Shown piece by piece: positions 10,042 to 20,037 of a stretch of 64,000 bases of DNA; position 1 is the stretch's first letter, and each line of letters begins with the position of its first letter. Location of the stretch: positions 8,945 through 72,944 of the forward strand of contig CAIYJE010000089.1 in NCBI GenBank assembly GCA_903926465.1, written 5' to 3'. The notes beneath the pieces were generated by a model that was given only the letters and a program-made list of their open reading frames with translations, was not told the origin of the DNA and made no database searches. Source of the stretch: an uncultured Planctomycetales bacterium (GTDB taxonomy: Bacteria; Planctomycetota; Planctomycetia; Isosphaerales; Isosphaeraceae). The position numbers and the translations under genes are program-made.

Positions 10042-10701
10042 ATGAACATGGATTCTTATCAGTTCGAGACGATTGTTTCCGCACCTTTTGATCAAAATGC
10101 TTATGTGGTCTGGCGTTCGGACCGGACCGACGCCCTGGTGGTCGATCCTGGGTTTGACACCGATTCGATTGATCGGTTCCTGGCCCGCAAAGGATTGACG
10201 GTGGCTGCCATTTTGAATACGCATGGCCATGCCGACCACATTGCCGGCAATCGTACGATGAAACTCCGGCACCCATCGGCCCCGCTGGTGATTGGACGGG
10301 GTGAGAGCCAACTTCTTGAGGATCCGAAGCTGAACCTGAGCGCAGGGTTCGGCCTCAACCTGACCAGCCCGCCCGCCGATCGCCTGGTGGATGATGGCGA
10401 GCGGATTGAACTTGCCGGGTTTGATCTGCTGGTCAGAGAAATTCCAGGGCATAGCCCGGGCTCTGTGGTTTACATTGCCGACCAGCTTAGCCCACCCCTG
10501 GCGATTGTGGGGGATGTGCTGTTTGCAGGGTCCGTGGGCCGGAGCGACTTTCCTGGCGGCAGTTCCCAGACCCTCTACTCAGGCATCCGGTCCAAACTGT
10601 TCACGCTTCCAGATTCCACCGTGGTCATTTCAGGGCATGGCCCAGTGACCACAACAGGTCAGGAGAAGCTGGACAACCCGTATGTGGGGCAGGGAGCCTG
10701 A
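10042..10701 (+). CDS. MBL-fold metallo-hydrolase (GloB/hydroxyacylglutathione hydrolase-like)
   Basis: HGHADHIAGN metal motif (HxHxDH), GHSPGS, and GDVLFAGSVGRSDFPGG. The internal ATG at 10042 (MNMDSYQFE...) gives the normal ~220-aa size. Confidence 0.85.
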   Translation: MNMDSYQFETIVSAPFDQNAYVVWRSDRTDALVVDPGFDTDSIDRFLARKGLTVAAILNTHGHADHIAGNRTMKLRHPSAPLVIGRGESQLLEDPKLNLSAGFGLNLTSPPADRLVDDGERIELAGFDLLVREIPGHSPGSVVYIADQLSPPLAIVGDVLFAGSVGRSDFPGGSSQTLYSGIRSKLFTLPDSTVVISGHGPVTTTGQEKLDNPYVGQGA

Positions 10702-10738
10702 AATTCTTCCGGTTGTCTCTCTGAAGGAGAGGTTGAAC

Positions 10739-11278
10739 TCAGTACGACGAGGCTCTGCTCAACTGGGTCTCTCGTCGCTCCATCCAGGCATTGAGCCTGG
10801 AGGCGCTCGGTATGCTGGTGAAAATCCGCCCCATTAGCAAAATTGCCAGGAACAGGCAGAGGACCTTCCCATCGTAGGTGAACGCGATCAGGTTCACAAA
10901 TGCGGCCCCTTCCAGGATTGCGCACTTGAGAATGTGACTCATTTGAAACGCCTGCAACAGCGATTGCTCAGTGGCTGGATCCGAGGCCCTGCGCTGGAAA
11001 GCAGGTTTGGCGAGCAGGGAATCCATGGTGGTACGAACAACGAGTTGGGGAACTAGCACGCTGAGCACCATGGCCACTATCCCAAAAAGTAGCGATGCCA
11101 GCGTAACAACCGAATCGGCATCAAATTCAATTCTGAGTGCCGCGGCATCGACCGCCTCTGGTTGAAAATTCCACAAATTGAAGATCAAGAATCCGAGTAA
11201 GCCACCGATCAACGTCCAGGTGATAAAGAGCGAGTTCCGGAGGCAGTTCTCACGATCAAGCCATGGGATTGGTTGCAT
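10739..11278 (-). CDS. hypothetical integral membrane protein
   Basis: 179-aa ORF with about 4 hydrophobic helices. No motif recognised. Confidence 0.55.
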   Translation of the reverse strand: MQPIPWLDRENCLRNSLFITWTLIGGLLGFLIFNLWNFQPEAVDAAALRIEFDADSVVTLASLLFGIVAMVLSVLVPQLVVRTTMDSLLAKPAFQRRASDPATEQSLLQAFQMSHILKCAILEGAAFVNLIAFTYDGKVLCLFLAILLMGRIFTSIPSASRLNAWMERRETQLSRASSY

Positions 11279-11332
11279 TTCAAGAATCGCCCCTGCGGAA
11301 CAACACTCTGGGGTTCAATAACTGGGCTCAGA

Positions 11333-12088
11333 TTACCAGTCCAGGTACTCTTTGTTTCTATCATCGGCGCGAAGTTCCTTGAGAATGACTGAGCATTCCC
11401 GGGCCGCGGTCAGTGCCGTGATGGTGGTAAGGAAACTAGCGACACAGCGGGTCAGGGTGAACCCGATGAATTGCAACGGTAAGAACGGGCCCCGGAATCC
11501 AAACCCGCGCCGGCGGCCAACCTGCGGGTCTAGCAGGTGCGGCAGTTCCGGCAACAGCAGCATGACCCAGAAGATGCACGCAACCGCCAAGGCCGTCCGG
11601 GCCGCGGCTCGCTCTTTGGTAACGGTGGCCGATCCCAGGTGTTCAGACACATCCGTGGCAAGGTCAATGAGCAGAAACATCCAGATCCAGCGAAGTCCGA
11701 TCGTCAGATGCATGCGAAGCGGCCCGTACGGGGCTTCGCCCTGGATCCATCCAAATCGGTCCGCGTGGCGCAGAAACCAAAGCGCCAGGCAGCAAATGCT
11801 GGTCAGTACCAGAAAGGTGGAGTTTCTACGCCAGTACGGTTCTTTCCAGCGGCCCAGCAACAGCAAAGAGCCAAGAAAAGCGCACCAGGTTAGCGTGGAG
11901 CCCGCAAACCAGGCCCAGGAAGGGGAATTGAAGACTTTCAAGAAAAAGGGATTTCGGCTGAACATCAAGCCGACCCAGCCGGCTGAGTCGATAGTCATGA
12001 TGGCACTGGCCACGGCCGCCAGACCCAGCCCCAGTCGAGTGAGGGCATAACGAGTCGACAAGTCTGGCGGTGTTTCCGTGTGTTCCAT
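11333..12088 (-). CDS. hypothetical integral membrane protein
   Basis: 251-aa ORF with several Trp-rich hydrophobic helices. No motif recognised. Confidence 0.55.
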   Translation of the reverse strand: MEHTETPPDLSTRYALTRLGLGLAAVASAIMTIDSAGWVGLMFSRNPFFLKVFNSPSWAWFAGSTLTWCAFLGSLLLLGRWKEPYWRRNSTFLVLTSICCLALWFLRHADRFGWIQGEAPYGPLRMHLTIGLRWIWMFLLIDLATDVSEHLGSATVTKERAAARTALAVACIFWVMLLLPELPHLLDPQVGRRRGFGFRGPFLPLQFIGFTLTRCVASFLTTITALTAARECSVILKELRADDRNKEYLDW

Positions 12089-12257
12089 GGTTGCAATCTG
12101 GTTCCCGGACCGGCGTGGTGGTTTGAGATCTGGCGTAGACTCTCAATCAGGCAACGGACAATCATTCTCTGGGGCTATTGTCGCAACCAGCCGCCAAACC
12201 GGCAACAATTCCCGCACACATGCCACAGACTCGTGACAATCCGAGAGCGACGAGCGT

Positions 12258-12965
12258 ATGCGAATTTGGGGGATTGCGGACCTACATCTCTCCGAATCAA
12301 CCCCGGAAGATCGGGGTCAATTTGCTGCGCGCTGGAAGGACCACGCGGCAAAAATTGCCGAAAACTGGTTGCGGACGGTGGACCGGCAGGACCTGGTTCT
12401 GATTCCAGGCGATATCTCAATGGCTCAGAATCACCGGCAGCTTCAGCCCGATTTGAACTGGTTGGAGCGGCTTCCCGGGACCAAGGTGATTACGCCCGGC
12501 AATCATGATCGCTGGTGGAACGGTCTGGAGCGGATCAGGCCGATGCTCAGGTCTAGTCAGCGGGCTCTGGAGGGGACTGCGATTGAAATTGGGGGGGTGA
12601 TACTTTGCGGCACGCGAGGTTGCTCCGCCGAACCGGATGTCTCTGAAGAGCTAGAAGCGGCCCAACTGCAACTCCTAGACGCCTCGCTGGCTGAGGGGCA
12701 GGCCATTCGGCAGCCCGGGCAACCGCTTTATGTGCTCTGGCATTACCCGCCGCATGACCGGCGTGGGCATCCGGGTCCGGTGGTTGACCGCCTGATAGAT
12801 GCGCAGGTAACTTGCTGCGTTTTCGGGCACATCCATCAGCTTGGACAGTGGTCTTCGCTGGTTCAGGGGGTGCATCACGGAGTCAAGTATGCGTGCGTGG
12901 CGGCAGACGCCATTGGCTTTCGGCCCATTCGGCTGGATACCGCCCGGGTGGTGCCGCGGCGCTAG
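12258..12965 (+). CDS. metallophosphoesterase family protein
   Basis: The calcineurin-like motif series is present: GIADLHLS, PGDIS, GNHD, VFGHIH. Confidence 0.8.
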   Translation: MRIWGIADLHLSESTPEDRGQFAARWKDHAAKIAENWLRTVDRQDLVLIPGDISMAQNHRQLQPDLNWLERLPGTKVITPGNHDRWWNGLERIRPMLRSSQRALEGTAIEIGGVILCGTRGCSAEPDVSEELEAAQLQLLDASLAEGQAIRQPGQPLYVLWHYPPHDRRGHPGPVVDRLIDAQVTCCVFGHIHQLGQWSSLVQGVHHGVKYACVAADAIGFRPIRLDTARVVPRR

Positions 12966-13010
12966 CTCTGGCCATCGGTCGCCCAGTGCACGCTCTTTTG
13001 AAGCTCTGGC

Positions 13011-13955
13011 TCAGTGTGCTGGCCAGACCTGCGTCAAAGATTCACGAGTGGCCAGGGCACGTTCCAGGGGCGATAATCCCTGAAGTCGCCGACAGGTGCC
13101 CAGTGGTTCGGCGGTGACTGGCCCTGCATATCCTGAGGTCTTCAGTTTTTGAAGAAAATCGGCGACAGGAATCCGGCCGCAGTCGCCCGGCAGGCCGCGA
13201 TCCGAATCGCGAATTTCCTGAAGCGGTAGTTTCTGGGCATCGTCTGGAAGATCGGCCACGTGCACCCAGACGGCGTTTTGTTCGGCCCAGGCTCGTTCGG
13301 GGGCATCAAGGTCGCCGGCGGCAAACAGGTGAAACGCGTCATAAAGCACTCCCACCTGCGCAGAGGTCTCTGGCATCTGGGAGTTCAGGGCGTCAATCAG
13401 TTGCTGCAGGCGATGGTCTCGCAGGCTGTGAATGAAGGTGAGGGGGCGTCCGATCCGGAACGAGGCCGAACCAATCCACTCAATTCCAAGCCGGATCCCG
13501 GCTTCGGACAAGATCCGAACAATTGGCAATAGCCAGGAAACCGTCCAATCGACGGCTCGATCGACCTGGCTTCGGTTGATTGGCCGGTGATCTTCGGGCC
13601 AACCGTGCGGGCCCGGCTGTTCGAGCCATTCGGTTTCGAGTTCGGGAAAAATCCAGGTCCCGGTCCGGCGGAGTCCCAGGGTGGTTGCGGCCTGTGCATA
13701 TTCTGGAAGCCGCTCAAGGTCGTTTTTGGCCTGGTGGTGATCTCGAGTTCGCCAGTCGATCGGGAGGCCAAAGGCACCAGGAAGAACCTGCAGGTCATCC
13801 ATGAGATTGCGGAGTTCTTGGGGCTGCTCGCCGCGGTTCACCAGGTCGCGGACCAGCAGATCTACGGCATCAAAGCCGGATTCGGCTGCCAGTTCGATCG
13901 ATTCACGGGCAGAGAGGTCGAGTCCAAGTGCTCGGGCATTGAAGCTGGTGTACAT
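13011..13955 (-). CDS. sugar phosphate isomerase/epimerase (xylose-isomerase-like TIM barrel) family protein
   Basis: 314 aa. The N-terminus and overall pattern (..LSARESIELAAESGFDAVDL.., ..LYDAFHLF.., ..HVADL..) fit the AP-endonuclease-2/TIM-barrel family. This is a recall-based call. Confidence 0.6.
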   Translation of the reverse strand: MYTSFNARALGLDLSARESIELAAESGFDAVDLLVRDLVNRGEQPQELRNLMDDLQVLPGAFGLPIDWRTRDHHQAKNDLERLPEYAQAATTLGLRRTGTWIFPELETEWLEQPGPHGWPEDHRPINRSQVDRAVDWTVSWLLPIVRILSEAGIRLGIEWIGSASFRIGRPLTFIHSLRDHRLQQLIDALNSQMPETSAQVGVLYDAFHLFAAGDLDAPERAWAEQNAVWVHVADLPDDAQKLPLQEIRDSDRGLPGDCGRIPVADFLQKLKTSGYAGPVTAEPLGTCRRLQGLSPLERALATRESLTQVWPAH

Positions 13956-14118
13956 GCTGCGGTTGACCTAGCTGGGCTGTGGGATGAGGATCAAGAAACC
14001 AAGCGTGAGAATCTTCCTCGGCTTGATAGGGGGCAGGCTGGTAAAAGAGAATGTCGATAATGAGAGTGGAGCGGACCACCGATTCAAACGCGTGTCGAGA
14101 GAGGACGGCGGTGCCACG

Positions 14119-16869
14119 ATGATATCGACCTGGATCGAGGCATCGGCAAAGGGCCGGCATGGGGGCCCAGTTCGCGCTGGCATGTGGTCTACGGTGGTTG
14201 TCGGTACACACCCGATTCAGCCCAAACAGTCGGTCTGGCTGGAGTTCTCGGTCGATGATCGAGAGCTTGGGATTTTGCCGGGCTTCTGGCTGGAGAACAA
14301 GGGGGTTAACAGTTTGTGGCATGTGGCGTTGCCGCCGCAAGCGGTTGGGAGCCGGATCCGATACCGGGCCGTGGCCGAGCGGGCGGGCGACGGGCGTAGT
14401 ACCGCTCCCCACCAAGAGGTGGTGGTTCGCCCGAACTTACCGATGAAAACCGAGCTGGTTGATACCTTGCCCACCTATCCCGAGGGGCTGGTGGGGAACC
14501 GGCGGATGACCGTGAAGGTTGATCGCCGTGGCACAACCTACGATATCTTCTTTCCCACGGTCGGGCTTCACTCAGACGCCCGGCCGCTAGAAGGGGAACT
14601 GGCTCAGAGTCGCCTGCACTTCCAGGCGATTCAGGGCGGGCTGGCTATTGGCAGGCGGCTTGACTGGTTCGACGAGCGGTTGGCCTGGGAGGCTGAGCAG
14701 TCTTACCTGGGGGCCACCAATCTGCTGGTAACCGATCTCCAGTGGCGTCATGGCGCCATCCGTGTGAAGGCGACCGATTTTGTGGCCATGGGAGAGAGCC
14801 TGCCCCGCACGGCCGGCGGAAACATTGCCGCCGGGCAATATCTCAAACGTTATGAGATTTTCAACGACACGGCCGAACGAAAACGGGTCCTGTTCGGGCT
14901 GTTTGTCCATGCCGAGATCAACGGTGGGTTTGGCGAGACTGGGCTCTCTTGGCGCGATGATGAACGGATCCTGGTTGCGTTCAATCGGGGTCATGTGCAT
15001 GCCAATCGCAAGTTGTGCCGAGATTCCACCATCGAATTCTCAATTGCCTTCGATGACCGTGGTGAGACCTACTGCGAGCCGGCAGGCGCCAACGAGGCGA
15101 TCTTGCTCAGGACCGTGGAAATCGAGCCGAGGTCTTCCACACGTCTGGACGTTTTGATTAGCGGAGCCTTTACCGGTTGGAGTGGCGACCAGGGCACCTT
15201 TGACCACTGGACCCGGCCCGCGCTCGGCTGGTTCAAGTCGGCCGATCTTGATGAGGTTCAGCGGGAGTCCGCAGAGGCGTGGAGCAATTACATCGATCCC
15301 CTGCCAGCGCTTCTGTTTCCTCGCCCGCAGTATGCAACCTGCCTGCAGCGCTCATCGCTGGCGTCTTTGCTGCATTGCGACGAAGAGTTTGGCAGCTCCG
15401 CCAGCGGCTATGACCGCGGCCTGAATGCGTATAGCTGGCCCAGAGACTCCGTTGCCCTCTCTGGAGTACTCGACCGCTGTGGCTACCCGGCCATCGGTCG
15501 CCAGGTCTTTGGATGGCTGGGGTCGGTCCGGAACCTGTCACTTCACTCGCTGCACGCCTACTGGTTCCAGAAATACACCATTGACGGCTGGGCGGAATGG
15601 GAAACTCCGTCGCTTGATCAGTCGGCGGCCATCCCCTGGTCTCTGGAACGACATTACCGCCGAACCGGTGATCTGGACTTCGTGGCGAAAAACTGGGCTG
15701 TGGTTGAGGTGGCGGCCGGCGTTTGTTCGGGTCGGTCCGGACATCCCGCCATGCAGATGCAGGAAAGTTGCTCGCTCATTCGCTCGGCAGGTGCCTGGGA
15801 CAATCGCTTTGGGTCGTTCCTGTACTCAAATGCCGCGGCGGTGGCCGGATTACGGTCGGCCTGTCGGTTGGCAGTCAAGCTGGGCCGAACCGAGTCGGTG
15901 GACCAGTGGGAATTCCTGGCAGACCGGATCTGGAATCGAGGCATCCTGGGTAAGACCAGCCTGGGAAATCCCAAGGAAGGGCTGTATGCCGAGGATCTGG
16001 GCCGGTTCCTGGAAGCGCGTGGACTGAGCCGAATGCGTGGGCTTTGGTCAGATGACCCCGAGTTGAGTATTGAACACGCCCCGGGGCTCGATATTCCGAT
16101 TCTGGGCCTGGCCACTCCGTTCGGGCTACTGCCCGCCGCCGATGAACGGATGAGACAGACCGCCGAAGCCATTCGAGACCACTGTGCATTGAACGGGAAC
16201 CCAAACGCGATGGCGCTCTGGGCGGCCGATCGCGTGCATCCTCAGCTTTGTATCTCGCCAGGCGAGTCTCATCAGCATGTGGCCTCCAGCCTGGCGGCAC
16301 TCTGGATGGCCCGGTACCTGATTCAGCTGGGCAAGGAGACCGGCGAGGTCGATTGCTGGACCGAAGCCGTGGCCCTGCTTGATGACGTACTCTCCAGACT
16401 CGGTCCGCTGGGCCTCTCTCTCAATTCCTCCCCAAGCGCAACCCATGGCTCGGAAGCTACCCAGATCATCCCCCGAGTCTGCCACCTGCACGTTCCATTG
16501 GTCGAGGCGATGCTCGATCTAGCCGGGCTCGACTTTGACGCAGCCGCCGGAACGCTCATTCTGGAGCCGGCCCTGCCGCCCGAATGGCCAGAGGTTGGCA
16601 TTGAGCATGAAATGCCGTGCGGCCGGGTTGCATATCGGCTGCAAGCATTCGCTCACCGCAGGCCAAGCCACCGGATTAACTTGACGGCCAACCTACGCTA
16701 CCCCGTAACACTGCAAGTCATGGTGGCCAGCCCCGGTGTGACCGAACTGCGTAATTGGAATTCGAACCCGGCGATGGGTAAGCCGACGCTGGATACCAAA
16801 CGGCAGATGCTGAGCTGGACCATACGCCTGCCCGCAGGCGCCAACCAGTGCGACTGGTCATGGGGTTGA
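14119..16869 (+). CDS. glycoside hydrolase family 15-like protein (glucoamylase/glucodextranase-related)
   Basis: Large (alpha/alpha)6-type C-terminal region containing GLNAYSWPRDSVALSGVL, a GH15-like WPRD block. The longest ORF starts at ATG 13984, only 28 nt from the divergent gene, so I prefer ATG 14119. Confidence 0.65.
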   Translation: MISTWIEASAKGRHGGPVRAGMWSTVVVGTHPIQPKQSVWLEFSVDDRELGILPGFWLENKGVNSLWHVALPPQAVGSRIRYRAVAERAGDGRSTAPHQEVVVRPNLPMKTELVDTLPTYPEGLVGNRRMTVKVDRRGTTYDIFFPTVGLHSDARPLEGELAQSRLHFQAIQGGLAIGRRLDWFDERLAWEAEQSYLGATNLLVTDLQWRHGAIRVKATDFVAMGESLPRTAGGNIAAGQYLKRYEIFNDTAERKRVLFGLFVHAEINGGFGETGLSWRDDERILVAFNRGHVHANRKLCRDSTIEFSIAFDDRGETYCEPAGANEAILLRTVEIEPRSSTRLDVLISGAFTGWSGDQGTFDHWTRPALGWFKSADLDEVQRESAEAWSNYIDPLPALLFPRPQYATCLQRSSLASLLHCDEEFGSSASGYDRGLNAYSWPRDSVALSGVLDRCGYPAIGRQVFGWLGSVRNLSLHSLHAYWFQKYTIDGWAEWETPSLDQSAAIPWSLERHYRRTGDLDFVAKNWAVVEVAAGVCSGRSGHPAMQMQESCSLIRSAGAWDNRFGSFLYSNAAAVAGLRSACRLAVKLGRTESVDQWEFLADRIWNRGILGKTSLGNPKEGLYAEDLGRFLEARGLSRMRGLWSDDPELSIEHAPGLDIPILGLATPFGLLPAADERMRQTAEAIRDHCALNGNPNAMALWAADRVHPQLCISPGESHQHVASSLAALWMARYLIQLGKETGEVDCWTEAVALLDDVLSRLGPLGLSLNSSPSATHGSEATQIIPRVCHLHVPLVEAMLDLAGLDFDAAAGTLILEPALPPEWPEVGIEHEMPCGRVAYRLQAFAHRRPSHRINLTANLRYPVTLQVMVASPGVTELRNWNSNPAMGKPTLDTKRQMLSWTIRLPAGANQCDWSWG

Positions 16870-17099
16870 GCCGGTCGGCGTTTGGAGAAGTAACGCCACA
16901 TTGACGATTCTGAGGCGGGTGCATTCACCGGTTCTCCCGCGAGCTCAATCGCCCAATACAGATCCAACATAGAGTTGAGAGTGCTGGCTTATATTCTGAT
17001 TGTGCCGATGCTTTCGAGATCGGCCTGGTTCCCGTCATCCGGCCTGTGGCCACCTTCACCCGAAGTGCGGGTGAAGCCAGGATAGACCGGCTTTACGTT

Positions 17100-17314
17100 T
17101 GGCACGAGCACGAACCGTTTGCCAATCAGCGATTTGCATGTGTCCCCAGCAGCGATGGAATCACTTCTACGATTCGCCTCGGTGAGCCAATCGGCCGATG
17201 GAACAGGCCAGTCTTCATGCCTAGTTGATCCCTAATCCGAGGAATCAAACGTGAGCGGTCAACCCTTGGCAATGCACGAACTGCGGAAATGATTTCGTTC
17301 TTCCGAGTACACAC
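17100..17314 (-). pseudogene. frameshifted remnant of an addiction-module antitoxin (Unstab_antitox / TIGR02574-like)
   Basis: One minus-strand frame reads ..NEIISAVRALPRVDRSRLIPRIRDQL. The adjacent frame continues HEDWPVPSADWLTEANRRSDSIAAGDTCKSLIGKRF. Joined, they match the family pattern (eal.LP..eRa.L...L..sL ... aW..Ea.rR...i.aG). Confidence 0.35.
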
Positions 17315-17364
17315 GCAACAACAAGTTTTGAACGAGTCTCATCAGTTTTGAAAAAACGCCCCAA

Positions 17365-18132
17365 TCAGGTCGAAAGTGGTAGGGGTTCTTTGCGGAACGC
17401 ATCGAACCGACGTTCGACCTCGTTTATGGCGGTGGCTTTGGGGAGCCAGGTTGCCTGGAGCCTGGCTCTCAGCACAATCCCCTTCTCGATGTCGTGCCCG
17501 AAAAGGGCATGACGGGCGACCAGGAACGGCAGCTTTCCTTCGAGGATCCGTCGACTGACGTCATTGGCGTGGCTGAACTCGGCGTAGGCCCAGCCTTCCC
17601 GGCTGGTCTTGGGAACAAGCCATGGACCTTGGTGTTCGTCGGGCGGGCCGGTCACGAGTGCTGCAAGGTCCAGTTCGCGGCCGTCATAAGTCAGACCGGC
17701 GGACCGGGCATCGCGGGGTTCAACCGAACGGTGCCCACCAGGGGTGGTCATTGGCCCGAGCTTGCTCAGAACCATCACCTCCACGCCATGCAGCTCGTTC
17801 ACGGTGCGGGCCTGAACCTCAACCAGCAGATCGAGCGTATCGTCATTGCGAACGGTCCAGCGCGCATTGACCCAGATCGCCCCCCAGCCAAGCGGTGCAA
17901 AGGTGGCCGAGATGGTTGAGCCCTGGGCCTCGTAGGAAACGAGGGCGGCCCCTTCCAGTGCTGTTGGCGCACTGCGGCCAGCTGCGCGGAGGCCTTCGAG
18001 ACCTAGAACGGGGCCAATTCCGGTGGCTGGGTCGTACAAGCCGGGGACCGGCCGATCGAGCCTCAGTTCCCAGGTGGTCCCGCCCCAGTCGAGATCGTAA
18101 CTGGCGTCTTGATTCCGCAACGACTCGGACAT
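17365..18132 (-). CDS. hypothetical protein
   Basis: 255-aa ORF with ordinary amino-acid composition. No motif recognised. Confidence 0.55.
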   Translation of the reverse strand: MSESLRNQDASYDLDWGGTTWELRLDRPVPGLYDPATGIGPVLGLEGLRAAGRSAPTALEGAALVSYEAQGSTISATFAPLGWGAIWVNARWTVRNDDTLDLLVEVQARTVNELHGVEVMVLSKLGPMTTPGGHRSVEPRDARSAGLTYDGRELDLAALVTGPPDEHQGPWLVPKTSREGWAYAEFSHANDVSRRILEGKLPFLVARHALFGHDIEKGIVLRARLQATWLPKATAINEVERRFDAFRKEPLPLST

Positions 18133-18258
18133 CGTTCCACTACTCCCCCACGTCCTCAGTCTGCCTGGGCCTGAAGCGGCCTCAGCCCCATTAAGTGTAT
18201 CGCTGGCGCGTGGCCAAGTGGAAGGGAAGGGCGGTTGGCTGGGGAGGTTCTGGTGGGG

Positions 18259-18525
18259 TTATCCCCGTTCGGGCAAACGCCTGGAGGATAGGAGTGGGTG
18301 GATTGTCAGTGGCGTGAGCGACTCCCCTTCGCCAAGGGGAAAGCTGGCGCGTCGGAGTTCGGCGGCGATCTGGAGAGGCTCCAGGTGGTTCTCGCAGGCA
18401 AGAGCGTAGGTTTTGAGCTCGTGGAACGTACCGTCGCTCCAGTCGGCAGCCACCTTGAGTTGTGCTCGATTGGTACAGCCAGGAAACGAGCAACGAGGCA
18501 GATAAGTGAATTGAGCGGAAGCCAT
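18259..18525 (-). CDS. hypothetical small Cys/His-containing protein
   Basis: 88-aa ORF with an ATG start and GGAG about 11 nt upstream. Pattern C12-x4-C17 ... C44-x2-H47. Not recognised. Confidence 0.4.
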   Translation of the reverse strand: MASAQFTYLPRCSFPGCTNRAQLKVAADWSDGTFHELKTYALACENHLEPLQIAAELRRASFPLGEGESLTPLTIHPLLSSRRLPERG

Positions 18526-18560
18526 GGCGTGTTGCTCCGAAACGCCTCGCGGTCACTGTG

Positions 18561-18638
18561 TTAGGCTCGCTAGATTGTAACCCGGGGAAACCCCGGGGAA
18601 TTGTCGGGCCGTGTCCTGCATTAATCAGGCGAGCCTAA
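18561..18638 (-). repeat. nested inverted repeat just after the PPIase stop codon
   Basis: TTAGGCTCGC (18561-18570) is the reverse complement of GCGAGCCTAA (18629-18638). The inner hairpin is CCCGGGG-aaa-CCCCGGG at 18581-18597. Confidence 0.4.
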
Positions 18639-18642
18639 GTTG

Positions 18643-20037
18643 TCATTTTGGCTTGCGTACTGAGGCGACCTGGTTCCCCTGAGATTGCTTGGGTGCCCAT
18701 GGGGTGCCATCGAACAGTGGCGAAGTAACAACCACTCGGCTCTGGACCTTATCGACAAAGACCTTCATGGCCTTTTCAAACTGTGCACCCATTAGTGCTT
18801 CGTTGATCTGGGTCTGAACTTCCTCAAACGGGGCCGGGCCGGCGGGTCGGCGGTTCTCAATCTTGATGATGTAGAACCCCTTGGGGTCAGAAACCAGGTT
18901 GCTGATCTGTCCGACAGGCAGCACGTTCAAGACGGTATTGACCGAATCTGAACCGAAGCCACCGGGCGTTGTTTGCCAGAGGCCGCCATCTTGGGCGCGA
19001 GGGCTTTGGCTCATCGCTTTGGAAACGCTGGTGAAGTCTTCGCCGGCCAGCAGGCGTCGGCGTGCGTCTTCCGCCTTGGTACGGGCTGCGTCTTTGGTGA
19101 CATCGTCGCCGGTGGCGATGAAGATTTCACGCCAGGTAATCTGCGCGGCTCGCTGGAAGCGTTGCTGGTTCTCTCGGTAGTAGCGGTAAATTTCTGGGAG
19201 GTCGGGCTGAACGATCTTTGTACGAACCTTCTCGCCGAGGTAAGCACGCGCCATCTCTTCGAGCAGGAACGACTCTTTGATTTCGTCGAGCGATTCACCG
19301 TGATCGGCCATCTTCTTTCTCAGATCAAACTCATCTGTGGATTTGGTGCGGCGGATCATGGCCGGAAGTTCTTTATCGGTCCATCCCTTGCCGATCATCT
19401 CCTTGAGCATGTCCCACTGTTTGGGCTTTTTGAGTTCGTCGCGTGCGGACTGAATCAGGATCTGGCGATCAATGAGGTATTCAAGCACTTCACGGCCGCG
19501 CTGATTCTTTTCGGCCCTGGGCATTTGTTCCCAGCCTGGGCCGCCTTGCATCCGTTCCCGAATGGCCTTTTTCAGCTCACGTACGGTGATGATGGAGTCA
19601 CCTACGCGTGCGGCAATGAGCGTGACGGGTTCGCCTGGGTCGTCGGTGAGTGTGGCCAGTTTATCCGAGGGATCTTCTGGCTTGGCCTTGGTCAGAATAA
19701 TTTCGGTGTCTTGGGTGGGCGCTGGAGCGGCCTTGAGCGGTAGCGGCGTTACCCGTGCAGGATTGGGGGTAACCGGTGGCTCTAGAATTTGCGCAGGCTG
19801 CCTGGGCTTGGCGGCTGGAGAATCCAGGGCGGCCAGTTCCAAGGGGGGCGGAGAGATTGGCTTCTGGTCAGGTTGAGACTCCGCGAGTCTTTGCGTTGCC
19901 GTTTGGCCGGTGGGAAGGCTGGGTGTATACCGATTATCCCGCAGGGAGCGGTAATCGTCACCAAGGGCCGTTAAAACGGGCGCGCAGCCGATCGAGCTAA
20001 ACAGGCCGCAAAGCAGAATCCCGCGAAAAAACATCAA
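18643..20037 (-). CDS. peptidyl-prolyl cis-trans isomerase, parvulin (PpiC) type with SurA-like N-terminal region
   Basis: Signal peptide, then a Pro-rich linker. The rotamase domain reads ITWREIFI...GEDFTSVSKAMSQSP..DGGLW...VGQISNLVSDPKGFYIIKIENRR. Confidence 0.75.
   Translation of the reverse strand: MMFFRGILLCGLFSSIGCAPVLTALGDDYRSLRDNRYTPSLPTGQTATQRLAESQPDQKPISPPPLELAALDSPAAKPRQPAQILEPPVTPNPARVTPLPLKAAPAPTQDTEIILTKAKPEDPSDKLATLTDDPGEPVTLIAARVGDSIITVRELKKAIRERMQGGPGWEQMPRAEKNQRGREVLEYLIDRQILIQSARDELKKPKQWDMLKEMIGKGWTDKELPAMIRRTKSTDEFDLRKKMADHGESLDEIKESFLLEEMARAYLGEKVRTKIVQPDLPEIYRYYRENQQRFQRAAQITWREIFIATGDDVTKDAARTKAEDARRRLLAGEDFTSVSKAMSQSPRAQDGGLWQTTPGGFGSDSVNTVLNVLPVGQISNLVSDPKGFYIIKIENRRPAGPAPFEEVQTQINEALMGAQFEKAMKVFVDKVQSRVVVTSPLFDGTPWAPKQSQGNQVASVRKPK

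Noticed and set aside
13984-14118. Upstream ATG extension of the GH15-like gene.
   Set aside because: It would leave only 28 nt for two divergent promoters, and the extension has no recognisable signal peptide or domain. It is kept as an alternative start only.
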